Part shown: piece after piece, positions 28,966 through 39,067 of the stretch
Position numbering within the stretch: position 1 is the stretch's first letter
How the letters are laid out: each line of letters starts with the position of its first letter
Source: Candidatus Woesearchaeota archaeon
Lineage (GTDB): Archaea; Nanobdellota; Nanobdellia; Woesearchaeales; UBA583
Length of the DNA: 64,000 nt
Reading direction: 5' to 3'
Assembly: GCA_965205335.1 (NCBI GenBank)
Contig: OZ242164.1
Span: forward strand, 576,001 to 640,000
Translations under genes and position numbers: made by a program
The notes under the pieces: generated by a model
The model's database searches: none
What the model was told of the DNA's origin: nothing
What the model saw: the letters and a program-made list of their open reading frames with translations, nothing else

Positions 28966-29805
28966 ATGGAAAAAATTATAGACGCTCTTCTAAAAAAAAT
29001 AAAATCAAAACCACAAATTAAGCATTTAGAAGACAAATTTATACTAGAGAGAATTAGAAAGTTTCTCAAAACAAACGGTGATATTAGAGTAAAACTTGAA
29101 AAAGAATTTAAGTTAAAACAAGATAAAATAACTAAATCAAAAGTTTTCAAGGAAATTGTAAAAGCAATCAGATGGGAAATAGGAGTAATCTATGGAAGTT
29201 TTCTGACAAAGAGCTTTCCAAAAAAAAATAAATTAATTGAAAGCAATTACAAAGACTTACTAAAACTTCACAAATCAACAAAAGAGAGAATTGAACTATA
29301 TGAAAAAATTTACAGACAGATACTCAGATGGTATAAACCAAAAAAAATAGGGGACTTAGGATGCGGATTAAATCCTATCTCTTATGAAATAATTGAAAAA
29401 ATTCTAAAATACAAACCAGAATACTTTGCATCAGATTTAAACTCTGAGGACATAGAATTTTTAAATAACTACTTTGAATCAAACGACATTAAGGGAAAAG
29501 CCAAAGTATATAACATAACAAACCTTGAAATATTAAAAGATGAAGATTTTAAAGAGTGTGATTTAATATTCTTATTTAAGGTTCTTGACAGTTTTGAATT
29601 CATTAAAAAAAATATCTCAAAGAAATTGCTTGATGAAATAAAATCAAAACATATAGTTGTTTCATTTCCAATGAAATCCCTTATTTCAAAGAAGACTTTT
29701 GATTTCAGTAAAAGAAACTGGTTTAAGAATTACATAAATAAAATGAATTGGGATTACAAAGCATTTGAAGTTGAAAACGAAATATTTTATTTAATTAAAA
29801 AATAG
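28966..29805 (+). CDS. ArmA/Rmt/Sgm (FmrO)-like rRNA methyltransferase
   Basis: LHKSTKERI, DLGCGLNPIS, FLFKVL, VVSFPMKSL match the HxSTxER / DxxCGxNP / LLK / VSFPxxSL family pattern. Confidence 0.78.
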   Translation: MEKIIDALLKKIKSKPQIKHLEDKFILERIRKFLKTNGDIRVKLEKEFKLKQDKITKSKVFKEIVKAIRWEIGVIYGSFLTKSFPKKNKLIESNYKDLLKLHKSTKERIELYEKIYRQILRWYKPKKIGDLGCGLNPISYEIIEKILKYKPEYFASDLNSEDIEFLNNYFESNDIKGKAKVYNITNLEILKDEDFKECDLIFLFKVLDSFEFIKKNISKKLLDEIKSKHIVVSFPMKSLISKKTFDFSKRNWFKNYINKMNWDYKAFEVENEIFYLIKK

Positions 29806-30060
29806 ACAATGCATAAGCCACGTTCTGTAATTTCTGTAGCACCTAAACATTTAGGCAACGAAATTCGTATAATTCATCTAAGCGAGCATTAAACTCTTGC
29901 ACCAGTCAGTTTGTTTCAACTTTGAAGGATTTATAACGCTCAACTAATATCATCGCTAAATCAACCAAAGGGATTTTCTGTATAGGCTGTTTCCATCCTC
30001 TGACTATAACTAAGGGTGCGTGGACTTTCCTCCCAAAAGGGTTTATACTAATTGCCTATT
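29801..30060 (-). ncRNA. rnpB: RNase P RNA (compact, ~260 nt)
   Basis: GAGGAAAGUCCAC and ACAGAACGUGGCUUAU (P4); P1 AAUAGGCAAU/AUUGUCUAUU; P2 GUAUAA/UUAUAC; P5 GCACC/GGUGC; TATA at 30084-30091. Confidence 0.9.
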
Positions 30061-30106
30061 GCAATAAAACATACGAGATTTTATTTATAAAACTATCTCC
30101 ACTTGG

Positions 30107-30223
30107 GGCTTTGTACGAAAAGTAACAATTGCTTTAAAAAAGATTAAAACATTATATTATATATTGATAATTTTAATTATTTCTAATTTATTGTTAATTC
30201 TTAATGACTTTTCGTACAAAGCC
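30107..30223. mobile_element. MITE family B (117 bp), shares ends with the IS5-type element
   Basis: Perfect 17-bp TIR GGCTTTGTACGAAAAGT; 9-bp TSD TCCACTTGG at 30098-30106 and 30224-30232. Confidence 0.93.
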
Positions 30224-30288
30224 TCCACTTGGAAATTCTACAACCCTCACTAAAAAAATTTTATAAAAGGATGTCAATTAAACAATTT

Positions 30289-31209
30289 ATGAGAAAAGCT
30301 ATTTCCATTAAAAACTTGAAAAAAACATATGACAACAATTTTCAGGCTCTTAAAGGAATTAACTTGGAAATTGAAGAAGGAGACTTCTTTGCACTCTTAG
30401 GCCCAAACGGTGCAGGCAAATCCACAACCATAGGAATACTAACATCCTTGGTTAGAAAAACGTCAGGACAAGTTAAAATTTTTGGAATAGACATAGATGA
30501 AGATTTTGATAAAGCAAAAACATACATTGGGGTAGTTCCTCAGGAATTCAACCTTGGAATCTTTGAAAAAGTAGAAGAAATAATAACAACACAGGCAGGA
30601 TATTATGGAATCCCGTACAAAGAAGCAAAAAAAAGAGCAGAAAAATACCTTAAAGAATTAGGACTCTGGAATAAAAAAGACCATAAAGCAATGCTTCTCT
30701 CAAGCGGAATGAAAAGAAGATTAATAATTGCAAGAGCCTTAGTTCACGAACCAAAACTATTAATTCTTGACGAGCCAACTGCAGGCGTTGACATTGAAAT
30801 AAGAGCAACCATTTGGAAACTCCTTAAAAAAATAAACAAAGAAGGAGTAACCATTGTTCTTACAACCCATTACTTAGAAGAAGCAGAAGCCATGTGCAAA
30901 AACATAGCAATAATTGACAAAGGAGAAATTGTAGTAAACACATCCATCAAATCACTATTAAGAAAAGCAAACACTCAGACAATTTTAGTTGATACAAAAA
31001 ATCCAGTTCATAAAATCCCAAAACTAAAAGACTGCAAATATGAATTAATTGACGAGCATACAATTAAAATAAGTTTTTCAAACAAAGTAACACTTAATGA
31101 TGTATTTAACTGCCTGAACAAATATGAAATTCAAATCATTTCAATGAGAAATCAAAGAAACAGATTAGAGGGATTATTCTTAGAACTAACAAGAGGTACA
31201 TTAAGATGA
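30289..31209 (+). CDS. ABC-2 type transporter ATP-binding protein (YadG-like)
   Basis: GPNGAGKST, LSSGMKRR, LDEPTAGVD, TTHY. Confidence 0.93.
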   Translation: MRKAISIKNLKKTYDNNFQALKGINLEIEEGDFFALLGPNGAGKSTTIGILTSLVRKTSGQVKIFGIDIDEDFDKAKTYIGVVPQEFNLGIFEKVEEIITTQAGYYGIPYKEAKKRAEKYLKELGLWNKKDHKAMLLSSGMKRRLIIARALVHEPKLLILDEPTAGVDIEIRATIWKLLKKINKEGVTIVLTTHYLEEAEAMCKNIAIIDKGEIVVNTSIKSLLRKANTQTILVDTKNPVHKIPKLKDCKYELIDEHTIKISFSNKVTLNDVFNCLNKYEIQIISMRNQRNRLEGLFLELTRGTLR

Positions 31210-31982
31210 GAATCTCATACACAAAAAGAATTGCATTTTACACAATCGCAAGAAAAGAAATTAATAGAATCCTAAGAATATGGACTCAAACACTTTTCCC
31301 ATCAGTTATAACCTCAATACTATATTTTGTAATCTTTGGTGGTTTAATAGGTTCTCATATTGGAGAAATGGATGGAATTGAGTATATATCGTTTATTATC
31401 CCTGGCTTTATTATGATGGCTGTAATCAATAACTCATATATAAACACAGCATCATCATTTTTTATGAACAAATTCCATAAATCAATTGAAGAGATAATAG
31501 TTAGTCCAACTCCAAGTTGGGTTATCGCAACAGGTTATGCTATTGGTGGAATGTTCAGAGGACTTGTCGTGGGTTTTTTAGTGATATTAGTATCTTTATT
31601 TTTTGTGGAACTAGAAATCTTCAACATTGCAATTCTTATATCAAGCATTGTTTTAACATCAGCACTGTTCTCATTTGCAGGATTAATCAATGGGATTTAT
31701 GCTAAAAAATTTGATGATGTCGGAATTATCCCCATATTTATATTAACTCCCTTAACCTACTTTGGAGGAGTTTTCTATTCAATAACACTTCTTCCTCAAT
31801 TCTGGCAGAATCTTTCACTAATTAACCCTATTCTTTATATGGTAAACATTTTCAGATATGGATTCTTTGGAGTATCAGATGTAAACATTATATTCGCCAT
31901 TTCAATGATTATAATCTTACTTGTAATATTTTACGTATGGGTAATTTATCTTCTAAGCAAAGGCCATAGCATGCGCTCATAG
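31206..31982 (+). CDS. ABC-2 type transporter permease (YadH-like)
   Basis: KEINRILRIWTQTL, PLTYFGGVFY, NPILYMVN. Confidence 0.92.
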   Translation: MRISYTKRIAFYTIARKEINRILRIWTQTLFPSVITSILYFVIFGGLIGSHIGEMDGIEYISFIIPGFIMMAVINNSYINTASSFFMNKFHKSIEEIIVSPTPSWVIATGYAIGGMFRGLVVGFLVILVSLFFVELEIFNIAILISSIVLTSALFSFAGLINGIYAKKFDDVGIIPIFILTPLTYFGGVFYSITLLPQFWQNLSLINPILYMVNIFRYGFFGVSDVNIIFAISMIIILLVIFYVWVIYLLSKGHSMRS

Positions 31983-32028
31983 AACCAAATCAACTCAGGA
32001 TTTAAGCAAAGCCATTATCTCTGACAAA

Positions 32029-32970
32029 CTAAATTTTTGAAATGCAATTATTTCCCCCTTTAAGACAGCATACAAAAAAACCCTGAGTGTGTGATTTATA
32101 CGGCATAAATCTAATAGATTTCTGACTCTTAATTACTGGTTGAGTTGGAAAAGGGAATTTTAATTTAGGTCTGAAATCTATTAAGGAAAAATTTTCCTTG
32201 AAATATTCAACATTCTCCTCATTTTCACAAACTTCAATAGAACAAGTGGAATAAATCAAAATTCCATCTTTATTTAACATACCAGATATATTAGAAACAA
32301 TATTTCTTTGAATTTTAGCCATTTTCAAAATTCCATTTAAATCTCTTTTTTTAAGCCAGTCCTCATCAGAAATCAAATTTCCACTGCACGGAACATCTGC
32401 TAATATAATATCAAACCTGATATTTGTTTTGAAATCCTCTGCTTTGGATTCAATGACTTTAACATTTCTAAAACCCTGCTTCTGAACATTATTAATTAAA
32501 CTTCTATGCCTCTTAATCTGAGGTTCAAGAGCAATTATTTCATATTCTATCTCATGATAATTTAACAAATCCGCAAGCTGAGTTGTTTTAGAACCAGGAG
32601 AAGCGCAAGAATCAAGAATATTTATTTTTCTATCTTTTCTTTTCAGACTTTCAAAATCAATACAATTAACTGGAACTAATGAAGTTAAGTCCTGTGAATA
32701 GATTTTTCCTGATAGTGCATTAACAGATGAATTAATCTTAAAGAAAGTTTTTTCAATTTTAAGACAATTATATATAAAAGTTTGTGAAAACTCGGCTCTG
32801 TTATTTTTAAGAAAATTTTCAATCTCATATTTCTTAGTTTTAGACAAATTAATTCTTATATATTCATCACTTGAATATTTCCTTCTAGAATCAAGTAAAT
32901 TTTTAAATGTGCCCACTCCAAATGTTTCATCATACATCTTTCTGAAATCCGTCTTAGGCTCTCTCATCAT
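32029..32970 (-). CDS. RsmB/NOP2-family RNA m5C methyltransferase
   Basis: LDSCASPGSKT, DVPCSG, YSTCS...ENE. Confidence 0.92.
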   Translation of the reverse strand: MMREPKTDFRKMYDETFGVGTFKNLLDSRRKYSSDEYIRINLSKTKKYEIENFLKNNRAEFSQTFIYNCLKIEKTFFKINSSVNALSGKIYSQDLTSLVPVNCIDFESLKRKDRKINILDSCASPGSKTTQLADLLNYHEIEYEIIALEPQIKRHRSLINNVQKQGFRNVKVIESKAEDFKTNIRFDIILADVPCSGNLISDEDWLKKRDLNGILKMAKIQRNIVSNISGMLNKDGILIYSTCSIEVCENEENVEYFKENFSLIDFRPKLKFPFPTQPVIKSQKSIRFMPYKSHTQGFFVCCLKGGNNCISKI

Positions 32971-33071
32971 ATTTATCTGAAATAAAACACCAATTATAAA
33001 GTTTTAGTTCAAAAATCAAATACAATATTTATAGAAATACACTTACTAAGAGTTCATATACTATTCATTAA

Positions 33072-33122
33072 ATTGAAGATAGTTAGCATAGATTTTGGAA
33101 AAAACAATTTTCGGACAGAGCC
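33072..33122. mobile_element. MITE family A, right-end remnant (51 bp)
   Basis: Identical to 28872-28922 including right TIR AATTTTCGGACAGAGCC. Confidence 0.88.
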
Positions 33123-33166
33123 TTTTAAATAAAAGTTTTATAAATCAAAGTTTCTTAGTTTTACTT

Positions 33167-33634
33167 ATGACAGATTTAAAAGAAAAAATTATTGAAGTTC
33201 TAAGAGATGTATATGACCCAGAAATTCCCGTTAATGTGTACGATTTAGGTTTAATCTATGAAATAAATATAAAAGAGGATTCATCTGTTCACATCCTAAT
33301 GACTTTAACATCCCCTACATGTCCAACAGCAGAATATATTCAGACTATGATTGAGGATGCAATTAAAACAATTTCTGATGTCAAGGATGTAGAAATTGAA
33401 CTAACATTTACGCCTGCATGGACTCCTGATAGAGTTTCTATGGATGCGAAAGAAGAATTAGGACTTGGAGATGTTCAATCACAGGACAATTTAGCAGTTC
33501 AGTCAGTATACGGAGATGATAGTGTTTGTTCAAAGTGCAATATTTCAAGTGATAAGAAAATTCTTCTAAAAGCAGTTTGTGACAATAAAGAGATTTTGAT
33601 TTGTAATGATTGTCTTGTTAAACAAGAGAAGTAA
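33167..33634 (+). CDS. DUF59/SufT/MIP18 Fe-S assembly protein with C-terminal CxxC...CxxC
   Basis: VYDPEIPVNVYDLGLIY, MTLTSPTCP, PAWTPD. Confidence 0.9.
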   Translation: MTDLKEKIIEVLRDVYDPEIPVNVYDLGLIYEINIKEDSSVHILMTLTSPTCPTAEYIQTMIEDAIKTISDVKDVEIELTFTPAWTPDRVSMDAKEELGLGDVQSQDNLAVQSVYGDDSVCSKCNISSDKKILLKAVCDNKEILICNDCLVKQEK

Positions 33635-33701
33635 CTTATTTAGGAACGATAAATTTATAAATATCAAAGCATATATATTATTATCTACTTTAATACTAAA
33701 A

Positions 33702-34289
33702 ATGAATATTGACATAACTAAAATTAATATTGGTGAAATATCTCAGGTAATAAAAAGAGGAATATCGTCATATTATTTATGTGAGGAAGGTAATATTGAG
33801 AATTTTGTAAATATTAAAGATATTCAAAATGGAGTTATAAATATGGAATTCGTTGAAAGAGTTAAGATTAAAATTACAAATTCAACTAAAAATTCACAAT
33901 TAGAAGTTGGAGATTTGGTTTTAGCAGTCAAAGGCTCTAATTATAAGTGTGGTTTAGTTGATGAAAATTCAGAAGGTTCATATATTAGCAGTAATTTAAT
34001 TGCAATTAAACTTAAACATCAATACAATTCTGAACTCGTTTTGGAATATTTGAACAGTTCTTTTGGTCAAAAGGAATTAAATATAAGAGCAAGTGGCAAC
34101 TTTCAAAAATCATTATCTATTAAGTCCATCTTAGATATTGAGATACCTATTTTTCCTAAAGATAAGGAAAATGTATTAGTTAAGTTTTTTGAGTTAAGTA
34201 AGAAGTTAGTTAAATTAAATATGCAAGAGTTAAAGTTAAGAAGCAAGTTAAATAATGAGATAATTGGAGAGGTTTTAAAAAATGATTGA
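33702..34289 (+). CDS. Half-size Type I R-M specificity subunit (single TRD)
   Basis: One TRD-like unit (IKRG...GDLVL...YLNS...IEIPI) plus helical tail; overlaps hsdM start. Confidence 0.75.
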   Translation: MNIDITKINIGEISQVIKRGISSYYLCEEGNIENFVNIKDIQNGVINMEFVERVKIKITNSTKNSQLEVGDLVLAVKGSNYKCGLVDENSEGSYISSNLIAIKLKHQYNSELVLEYLNSSFGQKELNIRASGNFQKSLSIKSILDIEIPIFPKDKENVLVKFFELSKKLVKLNMQELKLRSKLNNEIIGEVLKND

Positions 34290-35781
34290 AAATACACTAA
34301 CAGATGAACAGTTAAAAAGCAAAGTATGGCAGGCGGCAGATATATTAAGAGGTTCTATTGATTCATCAGATTATAAGAACTATATTTTCGGATTTTTATT
34401 CTTAAAAAGGTTGTCTGATGTTTTTGAAGAGAAAGTGCAGAAGATTTTAGATGAAGGAGAGAGTAAAGGTGTTGCATATGATCCTGATGAACACAAATTC
34501 TTTGTTCCCGAAAAAGCAAGATGGAAAAATATTAAGAAACAGCCTTCACAAATTGGTGATTATCTAAACAAAGTTGCAGCAGAGTTGGAGGATGAAAACA
34601 AATCATTGGACGGAGTTCTCAAAACTATTGATTTTAACAGCGAGCAGTTAGGAGATGTAAAGCAGAGAGATTCTACTTTATTGCAGTTAGTTCAGCACTT
34701 TTCAGCAATTCCTTTGAGAAATTCTGATATACACAGAGCTGACGCTTTAGGAGATGTATATGAGTATTTAATTGAGAAATTCGCTGATGATTCCGGAAAG
34801 AAAGGTGGAGAGTTTTATACACCAAAGGAAGTCGTTAAATTGATAGTTGAATTGTTAGACCCAAAAGAAGGAATGAGAATTTGCGACCCCACCTGCGGTT
34901 CTGGTGGTATGCTAATTGAAAGTGCTCATCATATTAAGGAAAGCAAAGGTAACGAACATAATATTTCTTTGTTTGGACAGGAAAAGAATGTCGGAACTTG
35001 GAGTATATGCAAGATGAATATGCTTTTGCATAATCTTCCCGATGCAGATATTAGAAAAGGAGATACTATTCGTGAGCCTAAATTATTATCTGACGGGCAG
35101 TTAGTATTGTTTGATAGAGTAATCGCCAATCCTCCTTTCTCCTTGGACAGATGGGGTATTGAAACCGCTCAAAATGATGGCTTTGGAAGGTTCATTTATG
35201 GAATACCTCCCAAGTCCAAAGGGGACTTTGCGTTTATTGAGCATATGATTGCAACAACTAATCAGGATGGAATGGTTGGAGTTGTAGTTCCTCACGGAGT
35301 TTTATTTAGAGGAGCATCTGAAGGAAGAATAAGGACTAATTTTATTGAAAAAGATTTAATTGAGGCTGTTGTTGGATTGCCTTCAAATCTGTTTTATGGC
35401 ACAGGCATTCCTGCCGCAATTTTAGTGTTTAACAAATCCAAGTCTGCAGACAGAAGAAATAAGGTATTGTTCATTGATTCATCGCAGAATTTTGAAAGCG
35501 GAAAAAATCAGAATAAGTTAAGAAGCAGTGATATTTCTAAAATTGTTAATGCATTTAAGGATTATAAGACTATTGATAAGTATTCAAGAGTTGTAGAGAT
35601 TAAAGAGATTAAAGAGAATGATTACAATTTGAATATTTCAAGATATGTTGATACAACGCCAGAGGAAGAGCCCATTGACATTAAGGCGACTATAAAGGAG
35701 TTGAATGATATTGAGAAAGAGAAAGCAGAAGTAGAAAAAGAGATGAACAAATATTTAGAAGAGTTGGGATTTAAGAGGTGA
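34282..35781 (+). CDS. hsdM: Type I R-M methyltransferase subunit
   Basis: WQAADILRG, GEFYTP, DPTCGSGG, NPPF, LFYGTGI, YNLNI. Confidence 0.97.
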   Translation: MIENTLTDEQLKSKVWQAADILRGSIDSSDYKNYIFGFLFLKRLSDVFEEKVQKILDEGESKGVAYDPDEHKFFVPEKARWKNIKKQPSQIGDYLNKVAAELEDENKSLDGVLKTIDFNSEQLGDVKQRDSTLLQLVQHFSAIPLRNSDIHRADALGDVYEYLIEKFADDSGKKGGEFYTPKEVVKLIVELLDPKEGMRICDPTCGSGGMLIESAHHIKESKGNEHNISLFGQEKNVGTWSICKMNMLLHNLPDADIRKGDTIREPKLLSDGQLVLFDRVIANPPFSLDRWGIETAQNDGFGRFIYGIPPKSKGDFAFIEHMIATTNQDGMVGVVVPHGVLFRGASEGRIRTNFIEKDLIEAVVGLPSNLFYGTGIPAAILVFNKSKSADRRNKVLFIDSSQNFESGKNQNKLRSSDISKIVNAFKDYKTIDKYSRVVEIKEIKENDYNLNISRYVDTTPEEEPIDIKATIKELNDIEKEKAEVEKEMNKYLEELGFKR

Positions 35782-35785
35782 TAAT

Positions 35786-37129
35786 ATGAGAAAGAAAGAT
35801 ATTCTTAAATTAATTGAAACTGGAGAAGGTTATAAATTGGAGTTTAAGGAGACTTTTAGTAGTTCTATCGGAAAGGAAGTTTGCGCTTTTGCAAATGCAT
35901 CAGGAGGTAAGATTATTCTGGGAGTTAGAGATGATAATACAATTAGAGGTTGCTCATTAAATAATTCAGAATTTTCACGAATACAAGATATTGCACGAAA
36001 TATAGAACCTTCTTTTAATGTTAGCATTGAACAGGTTGATGATTTAGTTGTTATTGATGTTTCAGAGGGCAAAGAGAAACCTTATTCTGTTAATGGGCAT
36101 TTTTATATTCGTCAGGGGGCAAACTCCCAGAAGTTAAGAAGAGACGAAGTAAGAGGTTTTTTTCAAAGAGAGAATTTAATCAGGTTTGATAATAAAGCAA
36201 ATCCTGATTTTGATATTAGAAATGATTTTGACAGGGAAAAATTTAAAGCATTTGTTCAGAAATTAGGAGTTGATAAATCATTACCACAGAAGAATTTGTT
36301 GCAGAATTTAGGTTTAGTAACCGATGGAAAATTAAATAATACAGGGGTTTTGTTTTTTTCGCATAGAATTTCAAAGTTCTTTCTTAATTCTGTTATTTGT
36401 TGCGTTTTGTATGATGGCAGAACAAAGACAAAGATTTTAGACAAGAAAGAATATGATGGGGATTTTGTTTCAAACTTTAATGATGCTGTGCTTTTTGTTC
36501 TGAGAAACCTCAGAACTGAATTTGTCATTGAGAAGATTGAGCGGGAGGAAAAAGAAGAGATTCCAGAAAATGCTTTAAGGGAGTTGATTATTAATGCAAT
36601 GGCACACAGGGATTATTTTTCAGAAGGACGCATATTAATTGAGATTTTTTCAGATAATGTTAAAATATCAAATCCCGGCAGTTTGTTGTTTGATAAAAAA
36701 GATTTTGGGAAAAGGAGTCTTTCAAGAAATCCCTTAATTGTTGATATAGCCCACAGATTAAAATTTGTTGAGCGTTTAGGTTCAGGTATTGAGAGAGTCA
36801 GAGAGATTTTAAAAGACAGAGTTAAATTTGAGATAAGTTCAGATTGGTTTGAGGTTATAATTAAGAGAAGGCAGATAAGAATTATTGCAGAAGAAACAGA
36901 GAATTACAGAAAGAGTTCACCAAAAGTTCATCAAAAAAGTTCACCAAAAATAATTGAGTTAATGAGAGAAAATCCTAATATAACAATAACAGAACTTTCC
37001 CTGATTATTGGAATAACAGAGAGGGGAATAAAGAAGAATATTGCTAAATTAAAACAGGAAGGAATAATAAAAAGAGTTGGTTCATACAGGGCTGGTTATT
37101 GGAAAGTATTGGGGGATAATAAAAAATGA
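35786..37129 (+). CDS. Schlafen/AlbA_2 + HATPase-like + winged-helix protein
   Basis: ExxxLEFKE...CAFANASGGKIILGV; RELIINAMAHRDY; SRNPLI; ERLGSG; C-terminal wHTH ...GYW. Confidence 0.88.
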   Translation: MRKKDILKLIETGEGYKLEFKETFSSSIGKEVCAFANASGGKIILGVRDDNTIRGCSLNNSEFSRIQDIARNIEPSFNVSIEQVDDLVVIDVSEGKEKPYSVNGHFYIRQGANSQKLRRDEVRGFFQRENLIRFDNKANPDFDIRNDFDREKFKAFVQKLGVDKSLPQKNLLQNLGLVTDGKLNNTGVLFFSHRISKFFLNSVICCVLYDGRTKTKILDKKEYDGDFVSNFNDAVLFVLRNLRTEFVIEKIEREEKEEIPENALRELIINAMAHRDYFSEGRILIEIFSDNVKISNPGSLLFDKKDFGKRSLSRNPLIVDIAHRLKFVERLGSGIERVREILKDRVKFEISSDWFEVIIKRRQIRIIAEETENYRKSSPKVHQKSSPKIIELMRENPNITITELSLIIGITERGIKKNIAKLKQEGIIKRVGSYRAGYWKVLGDNKK

Positions 37130-37914
37130 TAGAGTACATAAAGTTATTTTTTGGGAAGCATTGGAAATTGGTTTTGGTTTTTGTAATTGGAGTTATCATT
37201 ACTTTCAGTATAATGTCTCATTTTCATCAAAAAGATATTGACATAAAGGATAGTACCATAGAAATAAAAGATAGCACTATAGAAAATTTGAAAGAACAAC
37301 ATCAGAAAGATATAGATATAAAAGATAGCACCATAAAAAGTCTGGAAGTTCAGAATAATAATTTATCTTATCAAATTGGATATGTAAAAGAAGAAAGTTT
37401 AGAATGTAAAATTGAATTCGGAGACTTTGATTTATCAAATAACAACATAATAAATTTTTCCACTCAAAAAGATTTAAATTTCAGTTGTATAGAGAAAGAT
37501 GTTGTAATTGATAAACTAATTGATAAAACTAATTCACAAGATGAAAGTTTGAGGATTTCAGAAAATAAGAATCAAGTTCTTGAAGAAGAAAATAACCAAT
37601 TATCAAACGAGAACTCAGATTTAAAAAGTAAAATTGGAATTGAGAAGAATTTCTTAAATAGTACAATCACGATTAATAATCTTAAAACATATGAAGCAGA
37701 AAATGGAAAATTCGCAATTACTGTAACAGGTATATTTAATGGGCAAACATCATTGAAAATTAATGGCAAGGACTTTAATAACTTAGGCAGAGGAACTCAA
37801 ATAAATTTCACTTACAAAAACCAAGAATACATTTTGAGAATAAACGAGATTTATGGTGAGTCAGCATATCATAATCAAAATTACATAATTATTAGGATTA
37901 TTAAAAATGACTAA
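37126..37914 (+). CDS. Membrane-anchored coiled-coil protein with beta-rich C-terminus
   Basis: N-terminal TM helix, repeated (HQKDID)IKDSTI units, ATGA overlap with upstream gene. Confidence 0.7.
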   Translation: MIEYIKLFFGKHWKLVLVFVIGVIITFSIMSHFHQKDIDIKDSTIEIKDSTIENLKEQHQKDIDIKDSTIKSLEVQNNNLSYQIGYVKEESLECKIEFGDFDLSNNNIINFSTQKDLNFSCIEKDVVIDKLIDKTNSQDESLRISENKNQVLEEENNQLSNENSDLKSKIGIEKNFLNSTITINNLKTYEAENGKFAITVTGIFNGQTSLKINGKDFNNLGRGTQINFTYKNQEYILRINEIYGESAYHNQNYIIIRIIKND

Positions 37915-37941
37915 AACAAATGAAAACACTATTCCAAACTG

Positions 37942-39066
37942 TTGGCAAAAAGCAAAATCAAGATAAAAGAGAAAATGGCAAGCACAACAAATAAACTGCA
38001 AACTAAGGATTTGATAAGATTTAAGCATATGTTTAAATTATTAGACATCTTTAGTTTTGTAATTACTAATTTTATTTTTTTTATAATTATTCTTTACTTT
38101 TACGATTTGAATATAAATCCCTTGCATCTTGCATTCTTGATAAACCTTTTAATTTTTATCATGATTTTAATCCTCAATTTTATCTTGCTAAAACCAGAAC
38201 ATATCTTGTTATGGAAAAATTCTAAAAAGTATTTCGGTTTTATTCCATCATTAAATAAATTAGAAAGAAAAAACAGAAAATTTTTAAGCAGTTTCCATAT
38301 TATCACATTGTTAATAATTATCACTAGAACTCTTTTCTTTGAAATCTTAAGAAATTTTTTTATAATTACAATAATTTGGAGTTCTATCCTATTGCTATTG
38401 TACTTTTTGGGAATTTATGTAATAAATCAAAATATAGGATATGAAGCCTTCATATATCTAATCACTGCAATTGGGATTTTTTCTGGAATATTCCAATTTT
38501 ATTTTAAAGATTATAAAAACGAAGAGAAAAACAGAGTTCTTTTAATTATTCAAAATTATTTGAAAGAGAAAATTAAATTGGTTTCACAAGAAGAATTCTT
38601 AGAATATCTTAGTGAGAAAAACTCAAAATTGCACAACACTTTCAAAGATAAATGTAGAGATAATGTCGCTTATAATCAGAATAGAAACAATACTCTTTAT
38701 CTTTCATTTCCCAATTATAAAAACTTTAATATTGTGATGAAAGAAATGGAAAATGGCGATAAAGAGGAATTTACTAATCATTTAAACAATTTTTTTGAAG
38801 AAAGATTTAATGAGGTTAAGGGAGACTTAGAAAAAGATTTTAAAACTGAGGAACTTATGGAATTAAGAGTACGTATCCTCACAATAATAACATTTTTAGA
38901 TGACGCATTAGTTACTTTTCTAAATACAGAATTCAACTTGACAAAAAATCAGGAGAAAAACGAGAAATATGAGGACTATTTAAGCACTTTTATTACAGAA
39001 ATATATGAGTGCCTCTTTGATTATTTCTTACTTGGAGAAAACACAAATAAAGAGGAGAAAAAATAA
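37942..39066 (+). CDS. Multi-TM protein with soluble C-terminal domain
   Basis: About 5 hydrophobic segments then ~190 aa charged region; start codon uncertain. Confidence 0.7.
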   Translation: MAKSKIKIKEKMASTTNKLQTKDLIRFKHMFKLLDIFSFVITNFIFFIIILYFYDLNINPLHLAFLINLLIFIMILILNFILLKPEHILLWKNSKKYFGFIPSLNKLERKNRKFLSSFHIITLLIIITRTLFFEILRNFFIITIIWSSILLLLYFLGIYVINQNIGYEAFIYLITAIGIFSGIFQFYFKDYKNEEKNRVLLIIQNYLKEKIKLVSQEEFLEYLSEKNSKLHNTFKDKCRDNVAYNQNRNNTLYLSFPNYKNFNIVMKEMENGDKEEFTNHLNNFFEERFNEVKGDLEKDFKTEELMELRVRILTIITFLDDALVTFLNTEFNLTKNQEKNEKYEDYLSTFITEIYECLFDYFLLGENTNKEEKK

Positions 39067-39067
39067 A

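Noticed and set aside
35786-37129. RecG helicase
   Set aside because: No SF2 helicase motifs; this architecture is often mislabelled RecG.
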